Source of the DNA: Breznakia blatticola
GTDB taxonomy: Bacteria > Bacillota_I > Bacilli_A > Erysipelotrichales > Erysipelotrichaceae
Assembly: GCF_004365815.1 (NCBI RefSeq)
Contig: NZ_SODD01000011.1
Span: 27,694 to 59,693, forward strand
Direction: 5' to 3'
DNA: 32,000 nucleotides
Shown here: piece by piece, positions 17,638 to 25,090 of the stretch
Layout of the letters: the number at the start of each line of letters is the position of its first letter
How positions within the stretch are numbered: position 1 is the stretch's first letter
Notes under the pieces: model-generated
What the model saw: only the letters and a program-made list of their open reading frames with translations
Databases searched by the model: none
Told to the model about the DNA's origin: nothing
Made by a program: the position numbers and the translations under genes

Positions 17638-18745
17638 ATGTTTTCCTCCTTAATACTTGATATGAAATCACCAGTAATACTACACCAATACCAATCATTA
17701 CACATGCGTTGATATACACAGGTTGCATATCACTATAGTAATACATCATATTAAATGAGTTCGTAATAAGTGATGCAGGATTGATGTATTTAATAAGCGG
17801 TGAAATTTGTTCTAGCATGTATGGCATTGTGTTAATCATCATCCCTGCTAAGAAACAACTAAATAATGAACCCATACTTAATATGGTCATATTCGTATTT
17901 TCTCGCAACTTTGATACACTTCCCACAAAGATTCCTAATGCCAAACTCATTAACATTCCAGAAACTGAAGTAAGTACAAGTAATCCCATTTGATTTCCGA
18001 AATCAATACCGAGCACAAATATTAAAAATGCATAGGCTATACATAATTCAATACTCAAAAGTATAAACATCGCTAGAAAATCAATACACACAACTTTTAA
18101 CTTATTTGTTGGTGCAACATTTACGCGTACGGCACGATCACTTTGATTTGCTTGTGAATCCTTCATACTTTGCAGTCCATAAAATGAACCATATAGAATC
18201 GTCATAGCAATTACCGTATAAAAATACTGCATTACTGGATCTTTACTTCCTCCAGCTGCTGTTTTTTCTTTTACATTCGTATGCATACTTGATACATCTT
18301 GAATGACTTGTTCACTGATCATTGTTGGATCTTTTTTTGCAAGTTGTGTAACTGTGCTTTCTACTTGAATGTATGAATTTGCAATCTGTTTTAAGACACT
18401 TAAATTCATCCCTTTATTAATTGAAAGTAGTTCTGGTTTACTATCACAAATAAAGATTGCGTAGACTTCATTGTCTTCTAACATTCGATTGGCTTCTTTT
18501 TCACTTGTTTCGTGTAGAATCAGTAGATTATTTTCTTCATCTGCTAGTGTATCAAGTACACTTTTAAATGTTTCATTTCCTTTATCTACAACTGCTACTT
18601 CGATTGGATCGAGTTTTTCTGCTTCCATAAGTCCACCAAATGCAAAATGAAATAATAATGATAATGCAATTGGAAATAGTAAGGTCCAAAACAGAAAACT
18701 CTTATTTCTTGTAAAGACAAGAAAACGATACTTGAATAAATGCAT
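17624..18745 (-). CDS. ABC-2 type transporter permease
   Basis: Same topology as the neighbouring permease. It starts 1 nt after the ATPase stop codon. Confidence 0.75.
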   Translation of the reverse strand: MHLFKYRFLVFTRNKSFLFWTLLFPIALSLLFHFAFGGLMEAEKLDPIEVAVVDKGNETFKSVLDTLADEENNLLILHETSEKEANRMLEDNEVYAIFICDSKPELLSINKGMNLSVLKQIANSYIQVESTVTQLAKKDPTMISEQVIQDVSSMHTNVKEKTAAGGSKDPVMQYFYTVIAMTILYGSFYGLQSMKDSQANQSDRAVRVNVAPTNKLKVVCIDFLAMFILLSIELCIAYAFLIFVLGIDFGNQMGLLVLTSVSGMLMSLALGIFVGSVSKLRENTNMTILSMGSLFSCFLAGMMINTMPYMLEQISPLIKYINPASLITNSFNMMYYYSDMQPVYINACVMIGIGVVLLVISYQVLRRKTYASL

Positions 18746-18746
18746 C

Positions 18747-19679
18747 TTAGTCTCTCAATTCTGTTCCAGTAAGTTCTAAGAACACATCATTCAAGGTTGG
18801 ACTTTCACTATGTACCTTTATAAAGTCTACTTTTTCTTTTTTAAAGTAGTTTAATATTTCAATCAATGTTCCATTATTACTTTGTACTTCAAGTTCAAGT
18901 AATCCATGTGCATATTGCACTTTCTTTAAATCTTCTCTTGCTTTCAGTACTTCGATTATTTCCTGGGAAATATCTTCTAATTCGAAAATGATTTTCTCAC
19001 GGATGGATATACTTTCTTTCAAACTATCTTTAGTTCCTTGTGCAATCACTTTTCCTTTATCCATGATTACAATACGGTCGCAGATTTGTTCCACTTCTTC
19101 CATATAGTGTGTTGTATAAATCACAGTTGCTCCTAATCGATTTAATTCTAAAATGTTTTCTAGAATTCGATTTCTTGATTGTGGATCTACAGCAACCGTT
19201 GGTTCATCTAAAATAATAAGCTTTGGTTTGTGTGCAATTCCACAAGCAATATTTAAACGACGTAATAATCCACCACTTAATTCCTTTGGATACTTCTTTT
19301 GAAAATCTTCGATTCCTACAAATTGAATCGCTTCTTTTACATATTCTTTTCGTTTTTGACTATTTTGAATATATAACCCACAAAAGTAATCAATGTTTTG
19401 GTATACTGTTAATTCTTCAAATACAGCAACATTTTGCATGACCAAACCAATATCCTTTTTAATGTCATTTGCATCTGGTGACATTGGTTTATCAAATATT
19501 TCAATACTTCCTTTTTCATACGTCAGTAGTGATAATAGACAATTTATTGTTGTTGTCTTCCCACTACCATTTGGACCAAGTAGTCCTAAGATTTCCCCTT
19601 GTTGTACGTCAAGATCTAAACCATTAATGGCTTTAAAATCCCCATAACTCTTTTCGAGCCCTTTAATTGATACAATCAT
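18747..19679 (-). CDS. ABC transporter ATP-binding protein
   Basis: Walker A GPNGSGKTT, signature LSGGLLRR, Walker B LIILDEPT, H-loop TTHYMEE. Confidence 0.9.
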   Translation of the reverse strand: MIVSIKGLEKSYGDFKAINGLDLDVQQGEILGLLGPNGSGKTTTINCLLSLLTYEKGSIEIFDKPMSPDANDIKKDIGLVMQNVAVFEELTVYQNIDYFCGLYIQNSQKRKEYVKEAIQFVGIEDFQKKYPKELSGGLLRRLNIACGIAHKPKLIILDEPTVAVDPQSRNRILENILELNRLGATVIYTTHYMEEVEQICDRIVIMDKGKVIAQGTKDSLKESISIREKIIFELEDISQEIIEVLKAREDLKKVQYAHGLLELEVQSNNGTLIEILNYFKKEKVDFIKVHSESPTLNDVFLELTGTELRD

Positions 19680-19708
19680 AATTCCCTCTTTCTGTTTAAC
19701 ACAAATTT

Positions 19709-19737
19709 ATTTTATAGTATCTTTTTGTCTACGACAA
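19709..19737 (-). promoter_or_regulatory. Candidate promoter of the ABC operon with an overlapping TGTC-N3-GACA box
   Basis: Minus strand reads TTGTCG (19737-19732), a 17-nt spacer, TAAAAT (19714-19709). The palindrome TGTCGTAGACA (19736-19726) overlaps the -35. AGAGGG SD precedes the ATG at 19679. Confidence 0.45.
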
Positions 19738-19756
19738 GTCTTACTATCTTTGTAGA

Positions 19757-20677
19757 TTATTTATGTATGACTTCAGCAAGAACAATTACTGCCAAAGCAA
19801 ATAAGTAAACAACCCAAGCTGTTGCCCACCATCCATATACCATTCCTAATGTTACATAAATAGCTGTAGCAAGAATCCAAGCTACCGAAGCAACTTTATC
19901 ACTTGCTTTTGCTGCTTGTTTTTCTTTTTGTAGTTCTTCGTAGTTATCATTAAGTAATGTGCGATACATCGTTTTTGTAGTTCCCGCATGCACACAAAGT
20001 ACGACTCCTACTGCAATTAATGCAAAGAATGTTACATTTGCAATGACATCCTTAAATACGTATTCAATCACTGTATATCCTGCAACTGCGCTTATAAAAC
20101 AAATCACACCAATAATAATTTCAACAACAAATGTTGATTTTGATTTTTCATATGCTTGAATTATTTCCGTTTTTGTTTGATAGTCAAGTTCAATCATTTC
20201 TTTCATGTATTTATATCCATCCATACTCATACCTGCATAAATAAATAATCCTACAGCACAAGCAATTGGGAAAAAGAAGAAGACTCCACTTAATGCATCT
20301 GCAAAGTCAAATGAATATAATTCACTTGATACATATCCTAAACTTAATCCTGCAAAGATACATACTAAACCAATACAAACTAAAGTTGTTTGCTTTTTAT
20401 ATTTACGAATGTATGTATGTGCATCTTCACTTGATACATATCTTGCATCTACTGAAATGCTTTCTTTTTCAATATTTAACTCTCTTAATAGTTCATCCAT
20501 ATCACCAAATTGTTGAAGAACTTCTTTGATTGCATCTGTCTCGCTCATACCCGCTTCACGATATTCGTGATACGCATCTTCCATATGATCTTGTAGATTC
20601 ATTTTCATTTCAGCTACTTCTTTCGTTTTTGGTAAGTCTTTGAACATCTGTTCTAAATACGCTCTAATTGTTTCCAT
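19757..20677 (-). CDS. PadR-associated membrane protein (permease prefix domain 1 / DUF1700-like N-terminus, ~6 TM)
   Basis: The N-terminus IRAYLEQMFKDLPKTKEVAEMKMNLQDHMEDAYHEY...FGDMDELL is typical of proteins encoded after PadR. 14-nt overlap with padR. Confidence 0.7.
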   Translation of the reverse strand: METIRAYLEQMFKDLPKTKEVAEMKMNLQDHMEDAYHEYREAGMSETDAIKEVLQQFGDMDELLRELNIEKESISVDARYVSSEDAHTYIRKYKKQTTLVCIGLVCIFAGLSLGYVSSELYSFDFADALSGVFFFFPIACAVGLFIYAGMSMDGYKYMKEMIELDYQTKTEIIQAYEKSKSTFVVEIIIGVICFISAVAGYTVIEYVFKDVIANVTFFALIAVGVVLCVHAGTTKTMYRTLLNDNYEELQKEKQAAKASDKVASVAWILATAIYVTLGMVYGWWATAWVVYLFALAVIVLAEVIHK

Positions 20678-21005
20678 TTTTTTCTCCCTTGGTGAACTGA
20701 TTAATCACTTCTTTAGTGACTTCCCACTCTTCGCATTTTTCTTTGTAATAAGCAATTCCTGCATTTGTTATTTTGTAATAGGTTCTTCGTTTCCCAAATG
20801 TTTCATTTCCATAATAGGAAGTAATAAATCCATTTTTTTCTAAACGCGTAAATGCAGAATACAATGTTGTTTCCTTCATTTTGTATTTTCCATTTGATAA
20901 TTGCTCTATTTCTTTTGATATCTCATATCCATAGTTGTCTTTTTCTAGTAACACTGCCAGTATCATCGTGTCGTTATAACCACGACTTACATCACTACTA
21001 ATCAT
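20664..21005 (-). CDS. PadR family transcriptional regulator
   Basis: Winged-helix pattern ILAVLLEKDNYGYEISKEI...GKYKMKETTLYSAFTRLEKNGFI..Y. AAGGAGG SD. Confidence 0.9.
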   Translation of the reverse strand: MISSDVSRGYNDTMILAVLLEKDNYGYEISKEIEQLSNGKYKMKETTLYSAFTRLEKNGFITSYYGNETFGKRRTYYKITNAGIAYYKEKCEEWEVTKEVINQFTKGEKNGNN

Positions 21006-21042
21006 TGTTTACCTCCTTTTACTCCATCTGATGTACTTCATC

Positions 21043-21081
21043 TGTCATAGTAATATTAGCACATGTACTACGACAGGTAAA
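21043..21081 (-). promoter_or_regulatory. padR promoter with overlapping inverted-repeat operator candidate
   Basis: Minus strand reads TTTACC (21081-21076), a 17-nt spacer, TAATAT (21058-21053). The inverted repeat TGTCGTAGTA-N13-TACTATGACA (9/10 match, 21075-21043) brackets the -10. Confidence 0.5.
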
Positions 21082-21084
21082 GTA

Positions 21085-21118
21085 AAATATAAAAAAAGGA
21101 TAAAATTAATTATCCTTT
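21085..21118 (-). terminator. Rho-independent terminator after the small membrane ORF
   Basis: AAAGGAUAA-UUAAUU-UUAUCCUUU (9 bp) followed by UUUUAUAUUUU on the minus strand. Confidence 0.65.
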
Positions 21119-21353
21119 ACAGTAATTGAATGATTGCTGCACCTAGAAAACATAGACCACCTATCACCCATATAACGACTGCACTCATTCCTAATCCACT
21201 TGTTTCTTTCCTGCGATAATACCTGAATGCAAAGTAGAAAAAGTAAAATGCTAACATTATATTTGCCATATATGTTGGAGCTTTCCAAATTACTACACAT
21301 GTAATACATGCATATAGCATTATAAATCCGTATTCTTTCAAAAATTTCTTCAT
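21117..21353 (-). CDS. Small hypothetical membrane protein (78 aa, 2-3 TM)
   Basis: Start set at the ATG at 21353 (MKKFLKEYGF), preceded by AAGGAAG. The listed start at 21383 abuts the gpmI terminator. No recognisable family. Confidence 0.5.
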   Translation of the reverse strand: MKKFLKEYGFIMLYACITCVVIWKAPTYMANIMLAFYFFYFAFRYYRRKETSGLGMSAVVIWVIGGLCFLGAAIIQLL

Positions 21354-21381
21354 TTTATACTTCCTTTTTCTATACTGTAGC

Positions 21382-21415
21382 ATAAAAAGAAAAGGAATGA
21401 ATCATCATTCACTCC
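21382..21415 (-). terminator. Rho-independent terminator of gpmI
   Basis: Minus-strand RNA GGAGUGAAU-GAUG-AUUCAUUCC (9 bp, one G-U) followed by UUUUCUUUUUAU. Confidence 0.7.
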
Positions 21416-21425
21416 CTAATTCTTA

Positions 21426-22994
21426 TTAGTCGATCATTGCAGGTTCCCATTCTTCTTTTGTTGGTAACCCTAATAATTTAACAACTGTGTTAGCTACGTT
21501 AGCTAATCCAAAGTCTCCATCTTTAACTTTTACATCTGCGTTGTAGAAGATAAATGGTACTTTATTTAATGTATGTGAAGTTTTTGCTTTAAGTGCAGCT
21601 CCTTCTTTTTTAGGTTTTTCATACATTTCATCAGCATTTCCGTGGTCAGCAGTAACAAGCATTACACCATTTACTGAATCAATTGCATCTTGAAGACGTT
21701 TTAATTGTAAATCAACTGTTTCTACTCCGATAATTGTAGCTTCATAATTACCTGTGTGTCCAACCATATCTCCATTTGGATAGTTTACACGTAAGAAATC
21801 ATATTTACCAGATTTGATTGCTTCAACTAATTCATCTGTAATTTCAGCAGCTTTCATCCATGGACGTTGTTCGTAAGGAACTACATCACTTGGAATTTCT
21901 ACATATGTTTCTAATTCTTCATCGAATTTTCCTGCACGGTTACCATTCCAGAAATATGTAACATGTCCATATTTTTGTGTTTCACTAATTGCATATTCTC
22001 TAATTTTATTTTCTACTAAGTATTCCGTCAAAGTATTTTTAATTTTTGGTGGGAATGCTAAGAAGTGTTCAGGAATATTTAAGTCTGAATCGTATTGTAA
22101 CATACCAGCAAATTTTACATCTGGTTTACGTACACGATCAAATTTATCAAAGTCTTCTTTTTCAAATGCTAAACAGATTTCTTGTGCACGGTCTCCACGG
22201 AAGTTGAAAAGAATTACTGAATCTCCATCTTCAATCGTTCCTACTGGGTTTCCATCTGTTGCAATAACAAACGCTGGTAAGTCTTGGTCAATTACACCAG
22301 TTTCTGCACGGTATGTTTCAATTGCTTCTTTTGCAGATGCAAATTGTCTACCTTCACCTAATACGTGTGTTTTCCATCCAGCTTCAACCATTGGCCAGTT
22401 TGCTTCATAGCGGTCCATTGTAATTTGCATACGACCACCACCTGATGCAATAACTGCATGGAAGTTATCATCGTTAAGTTCTGCAAGTTTGTTTTCAAGT
22501 GCATCTACATATTCAAGTGCACTTGTTTCAGGAACATCACGTCCATCTAATAAGATATGAACACGAACTTCTTTTGCTCCTTGTGCTTTTGCTTGTTCTA
22601 ACATTGCAAACAAGTGGTTAATGTGTGAGTGCACATTTCCATCCGATAATAATCCAATAAAGTGTAATGTTTTGTCTTTAGCACTATCTACTAAATCGTT
22701 CCACGTTTCACTTTCGAATAAATCTTTACTTTCAATTGCTTCGTTTACTAATTTAGCTCCTTGTGAGTAGATTTGACCACAACCTAATGCATTGTGTCCT
22801 ACCTCAGAGTTACCCATATCTCCATCACTAGGTAAACCTACGGCTTTTCCATGTGCTTTAATTGCGATATTTGGGCTTGTTTCATATAAATTATCCAATG
22901 TTGGTGTAAATGAATTAGTTACAGCATTTCCAAATTGGCTGTCATTGATTCCAACACCATCCATTACGACTAATAAAACTGGTTGTTTACTCAT
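21426..22994 (-). CDS. gpmI: 2,3-bisphosphoglycerate-independent phosphoglycerate mutase
   Basis: 522 aa with VVMDGVG, GNSEVGHNALG (catalytic Ser), LLSDGNVHSH and TADHGNAD motifs. AGGAGGAAG SD. Confidence 0.92.
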   Translation of the reverse strand: MSKQPVLLVVMDGVGINDSQFGNAVTNSFTPTLDNLYETSPNIAIKAHGKAVGLPSDGDMGNSEVGHNALGCGQIYSQGAKLVNEAIESKDLFESETWNDLVDSAKDKTLHFIGLLSDGNVHSHINHLFAMLEQAKAQGAKEVRVHILLDGRDVPETSALEYVDALENKLAELNDDNFHAVIASGGGRMQITMDRYEANWPMVEAGWKTHVLGEGRQFASAKEAIETYRAETGVIDQDLPAFVIATDGNPVGTIEDGDSVILFNFRGDRAQEICLAFEKEDFDKFDRVRKPDVKFAGMLQYDSDLNIPEHFLAFPPKIKNTLTEYLVENKIREYAISETQKYGHVTYFWNGNRAGKFDEELETYVEIPSDVVPYEQRPWMKAAEITDELVEAIKSGKYDFLRVNYPNGDMVGHTGNYEATIIGVETVDLQLKRLQDAIDSVNGVMLVTADHGNADEMYEKPKKEGAALKAKTSHTLNKVPFIFYNADVKVKDGDFGLANVANTVVKLLGLPTKEEWEPAMID

Positions 22995-23033
22995 TTTTGC
23001 TTCCTCCTGATCATTCTAATGACGTTCTATATA

Positions 23034-23062
23034 AATATAGCACAATTCGTGAAACTTTTAAC
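23034..23062 (-). promoter_or_regulatory. Candidate gpmI promoter (extended -10)
   Basis: Minus strand reads TGcTATATT (23042-23034) with TTAAAA/GTTAAA 16-17 nt upstream. Confidence 0.4.
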
Positions 23063-23112
23063 TAATTTGTTTGGAAAATGTATAGGTTTCACTATAGGTG
23101 TATTAAAAGCAT

Positions 23113-23142
23113 AAAAAAGTGATGGAGAAAAACACTCCATCA
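23113..23142 (-). terminator. Orphan minus-strand terminator-like hairpin with no gene directly upstream of it
   Basis: Minus-strand RNA UGAUGGAG-UGUUUUU-CUCCAUCA (8 bp) followed by CUUUUUUAUGCUUUU. The next minus-strand gene upstream is rpoE, on the far side of the IS element. Confidence 0.45.
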
Positions 23143-23251
23143 TCTTAAAAGACAATACAAAAGACAAATAAAAACTAAATTGGGTACTTTCTACACTGTA
23201 TATGGAATTTCTAGTCAATCTTCTGTTGTACAATTATAGAGGGTACCTTTT

Positions 23252-24505
23252 ATGCCTATTCGACAAGAAACAGCTAAATCCCACTTTTCCATTGCAAACA
23301 AGTCATTTGATAATGCTTGGAGATTACAAAGATATGATTCAACCAAGCCCACAATTCAAAAGATATTTACTGATCAATGGAGTGATTTTTTGAAAGATCC
23401 TCAAGTTGCTCACAATGGTTTTCGTGATGTGACTTTAAAAGAAGTCCAAAAGATGATGGACTGTGGAACCTTTGAATGTGGTTTTGAAATTTATGAGTGT
23501 CCCGATTGTCATACAACCAGTGTTGTCTGTTATACATGTAAAAGCAGATTCTGTTCTTCTTGTGGTGTTAGATATGCTAAAGAACGAGCACTTAGTATTT
23601 CCGCAAATGCTTTAGATGTTCCTTATCGACACCTAGTTTTTACGATTGATGAAGAACTAAGAGAGTATTTCTTAAGAGATAGAGAGATGCTACACCTTTT
23701 ATTTAGTGCAGTCAAAGATACACTGTTTTATGTTTTCGATAAAATCAATGGAAAAAAAGACACATTTACTCCAGGAATCATTATGGTTTTACATACTTTT
23801 GGACGTGCATTAAACTGGAATCCACACATTCATTGCTTAATCACTGAAGGCGGTATGAACAGTAAACATATTTATAAGAACATAAATTTCATCAATTATG
23901 AGTCATTGAGAAAATCATTTATGCGTACTCTATTGTATAAAATGAGAGACTCTTATGATGTGAATTCTAGAGAATACAAAAATTTCAAAAAACTAATAAG
24001 CAAGTTATATCGTGAGCATAAAAAAGGATTCTATGTTTACGCTCCACCACTAGAAAACAGAAAAGGTAAAGACGCAATTATAAATTATATATTACGTTAT
24101 ACTGGAAGACCTGTAATGGCACAAAGCAGAATTATCCATTACAACAAAGAAAAAAAAACAATCAAATATTATTATGAGGATCATAAAACAAATGAACGCA
24201 TTGAAGTAGAAGAACATGTATTTCTATTCATGAAAAAACTTCTTCTTCATATTCCCGAACAACAATTTAAAATGATTCGCTATTATGGAATATATGCAAC
24301 ATGTAATCATTCTCATAAAGAGAAAATGAAAATTTTACTTCCACGATTAGGAAAAGCAAAAGAGAGAGTATACTATCGTGGTGATTTAATAGAAACATTC
24401 GGAGTAGATCCGTTTTTATGTACATGTGGTCATTATATGGAATTCATAGATTACTATGTTCCATCAAGTAAAGGTGGTGATAAGAATGGACCAATATATA
24501 GCTAA
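23252..24505 (+). CDS. IS91-family transposase (N-terminal zinc-binding domain plus HUH/Y2 catalytic domain)
   Basis: Cys cluster ECPDCHTTSVVCYTCKSRFCSSCG, HUH motif HTFGRALNWNPHIHCLITEGG, double-Tyr motif IRYYGIYA. AGAGGG SD. The ORF looks intact. Confidence 0.85.
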   Translation: MPIRQETAKSHFSIANKSFDNAWRLQRYDSTKPTIQKIFTDQWSDFLKDPQVAHNGFRDVTLKEVQKMMDCGTFECGFEIYECPDCHTTSVVCYTCKSRFCSSCGVRYAKERALSISANALDVPYRHLVFTIDEELREYFLRDREMLHLLFSAVKDTLFYVFDKINGKKDTFTPGIIMVLHTFGRALNWNPHIHCLITEGGMNSKHIYKNINFINYESLRKSFMRTLLYKMRDSYDVNSREYKNFKKLISKLYREHKKGFYVYAPPLENRKGKDAIINYILRYTGRPVMAQSRIIHYNKEKKTIKYYYEDHKTNERIEVEEHVFLFMKKLLLHIPEQQFKMIRYYGIYATCNHSHKEKMKILLPRLGKAKERVYYRGDLIETFGVDPFLCTCGHYMEFIDYYVPSSKGGDKNGPIYS

Positions 24506-24671
24506 AGATGAATATATCCAAATGAAATGCAAAAGCTGTGGATATGAAGAACAAATGCCTACATGGTGTTTTGATGAAGTAGCAGAAATGATGCGATATG
24601 ATAACAACAATGACACACCACATATACATTGTCCAAGATGTGATAAACCAACACTTTATCCAAAGAAATAA
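24486..24671 (+). CDS. Small zinc-ribbon protein (61 aa), translationally coupled to the transposase
   Basis: The ATG at 24486 follows GGTGGTGA and lies 20 nt inside the transposase 3' end. Two CxxC pairs (CKSCGY ... CPRCD). No family recognised. Confidence 0.5.
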   Translation: MDQYIAKDEYIQMKCKSCGYEEQMPTWCFDEVAEMMRYDNNNDTPHIHCPRCDKPTLYPKK

Positions 24672-24686
24672 ATACAACCTAAAATC

Positions 24687-24730
24687 AAAATACAGGATTA
24701 GGTCTTTTCAAGTGCCTAATCCTGTATTTT
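24687..24730. terminator. Perfect 16-bp hairpin with A/T-tract flanks (bidirectional terminator and/or IS subterminal hairpin)
   Basis: AAAATACAGGATTAGG (24687-24702), a 12-nt loop, CCTAATCCTGTATTTT (24715-24730). It lies 62 nt downstream of the rpoE stop and 16 nt downstream of the small plus-strand ORF. Confidence 0.65.
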
Positions 24731-24791
24731 GGCTCTACTTAGCAACGCAGAGAACTTTCCTTAAGAATAAAAAAAGAACAGCTCTTACGAA

Positions 24792-25076
24792 CTATTCTTC
24801 AATTATCATTTCATCATCGATTAAGATATCAGCTAGATTTGCTTTACGAACTTCTTCATAACGGTGACGTGATTTGATATCCCATGAATTATTATCCATA
24901 CATACAAATCGTCCATCTAGTGATAGATCTGTATAGAATTGTGCAATTCTATCTTCTTTTTGACTTTCTGTTAATTCATTGCGATCACAAACAGCGTTGA
25001 ATAAATCAATAAAGACTAATTCCTTGTTTGTTTCCTTTAGCACTTCGTATGCTACATCGATCATTGGTTGCTTCAT
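24792..25076 (-). CDS. rpoE: DNA-directed RNA polymerase subunit delta (short form, 94 aa)
   Basis: The N-terminal domain pattern IDVAYEVLKE...FIDLFNAV...RIAQFYTDLSLDGRFV...WDIKS is typical of RpoE. Start set at the ATG at 25076 after GGAGGGGG. The acidic C-terminal tail is only ~12 aa. Confidence 0.8.
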   Translation of the reverse strand: MKQPMIDVAYEVLKETNKELVFIDLFNAVCDRNELTESQKEDRIAQFYTDLSLDGRFVCMDNNSWDIKSRHRYEEVRKANLADILIDDEMIIEE

Positions 25077-25090
25077 ATAGCTTCCCCCTC

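Larger units (their letters stand above)
23143..24788 (+). mobile_element. IS91-family insertion sequence (rolling-circle, HUH-Y2 transposase); boundaries approximate
   Basis: It contains the transposase and a coupled small ORF. It occupies the only plus-strand island between the minus-strand genes gpmI and rpoE. No terminal inverted repeats were found, as expected for IS91-type elements. Ends are not mapped. Confidence 0.6.

Noticed and set aside
21106-21309. 67-aa ORF overlapping the small membrane ORF in another frame
   Set aside because: It is fully nested within 21117-21353 on the same strand, lacks an SD and has no hydrophobic or other pattern. The frame encoding TM helices is preferred, and even that one is only moderately supported.
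23027-23233. 68-aa minus-strand ORF in the gpmI-IS spacer
   Set aside because: It spans the predicted gpmI promoter and the orphan terminator hairpin. It has no SD and no homology, and it was examined as a possible rpoE tail remnant but is not acidic. It is likely non-coding.
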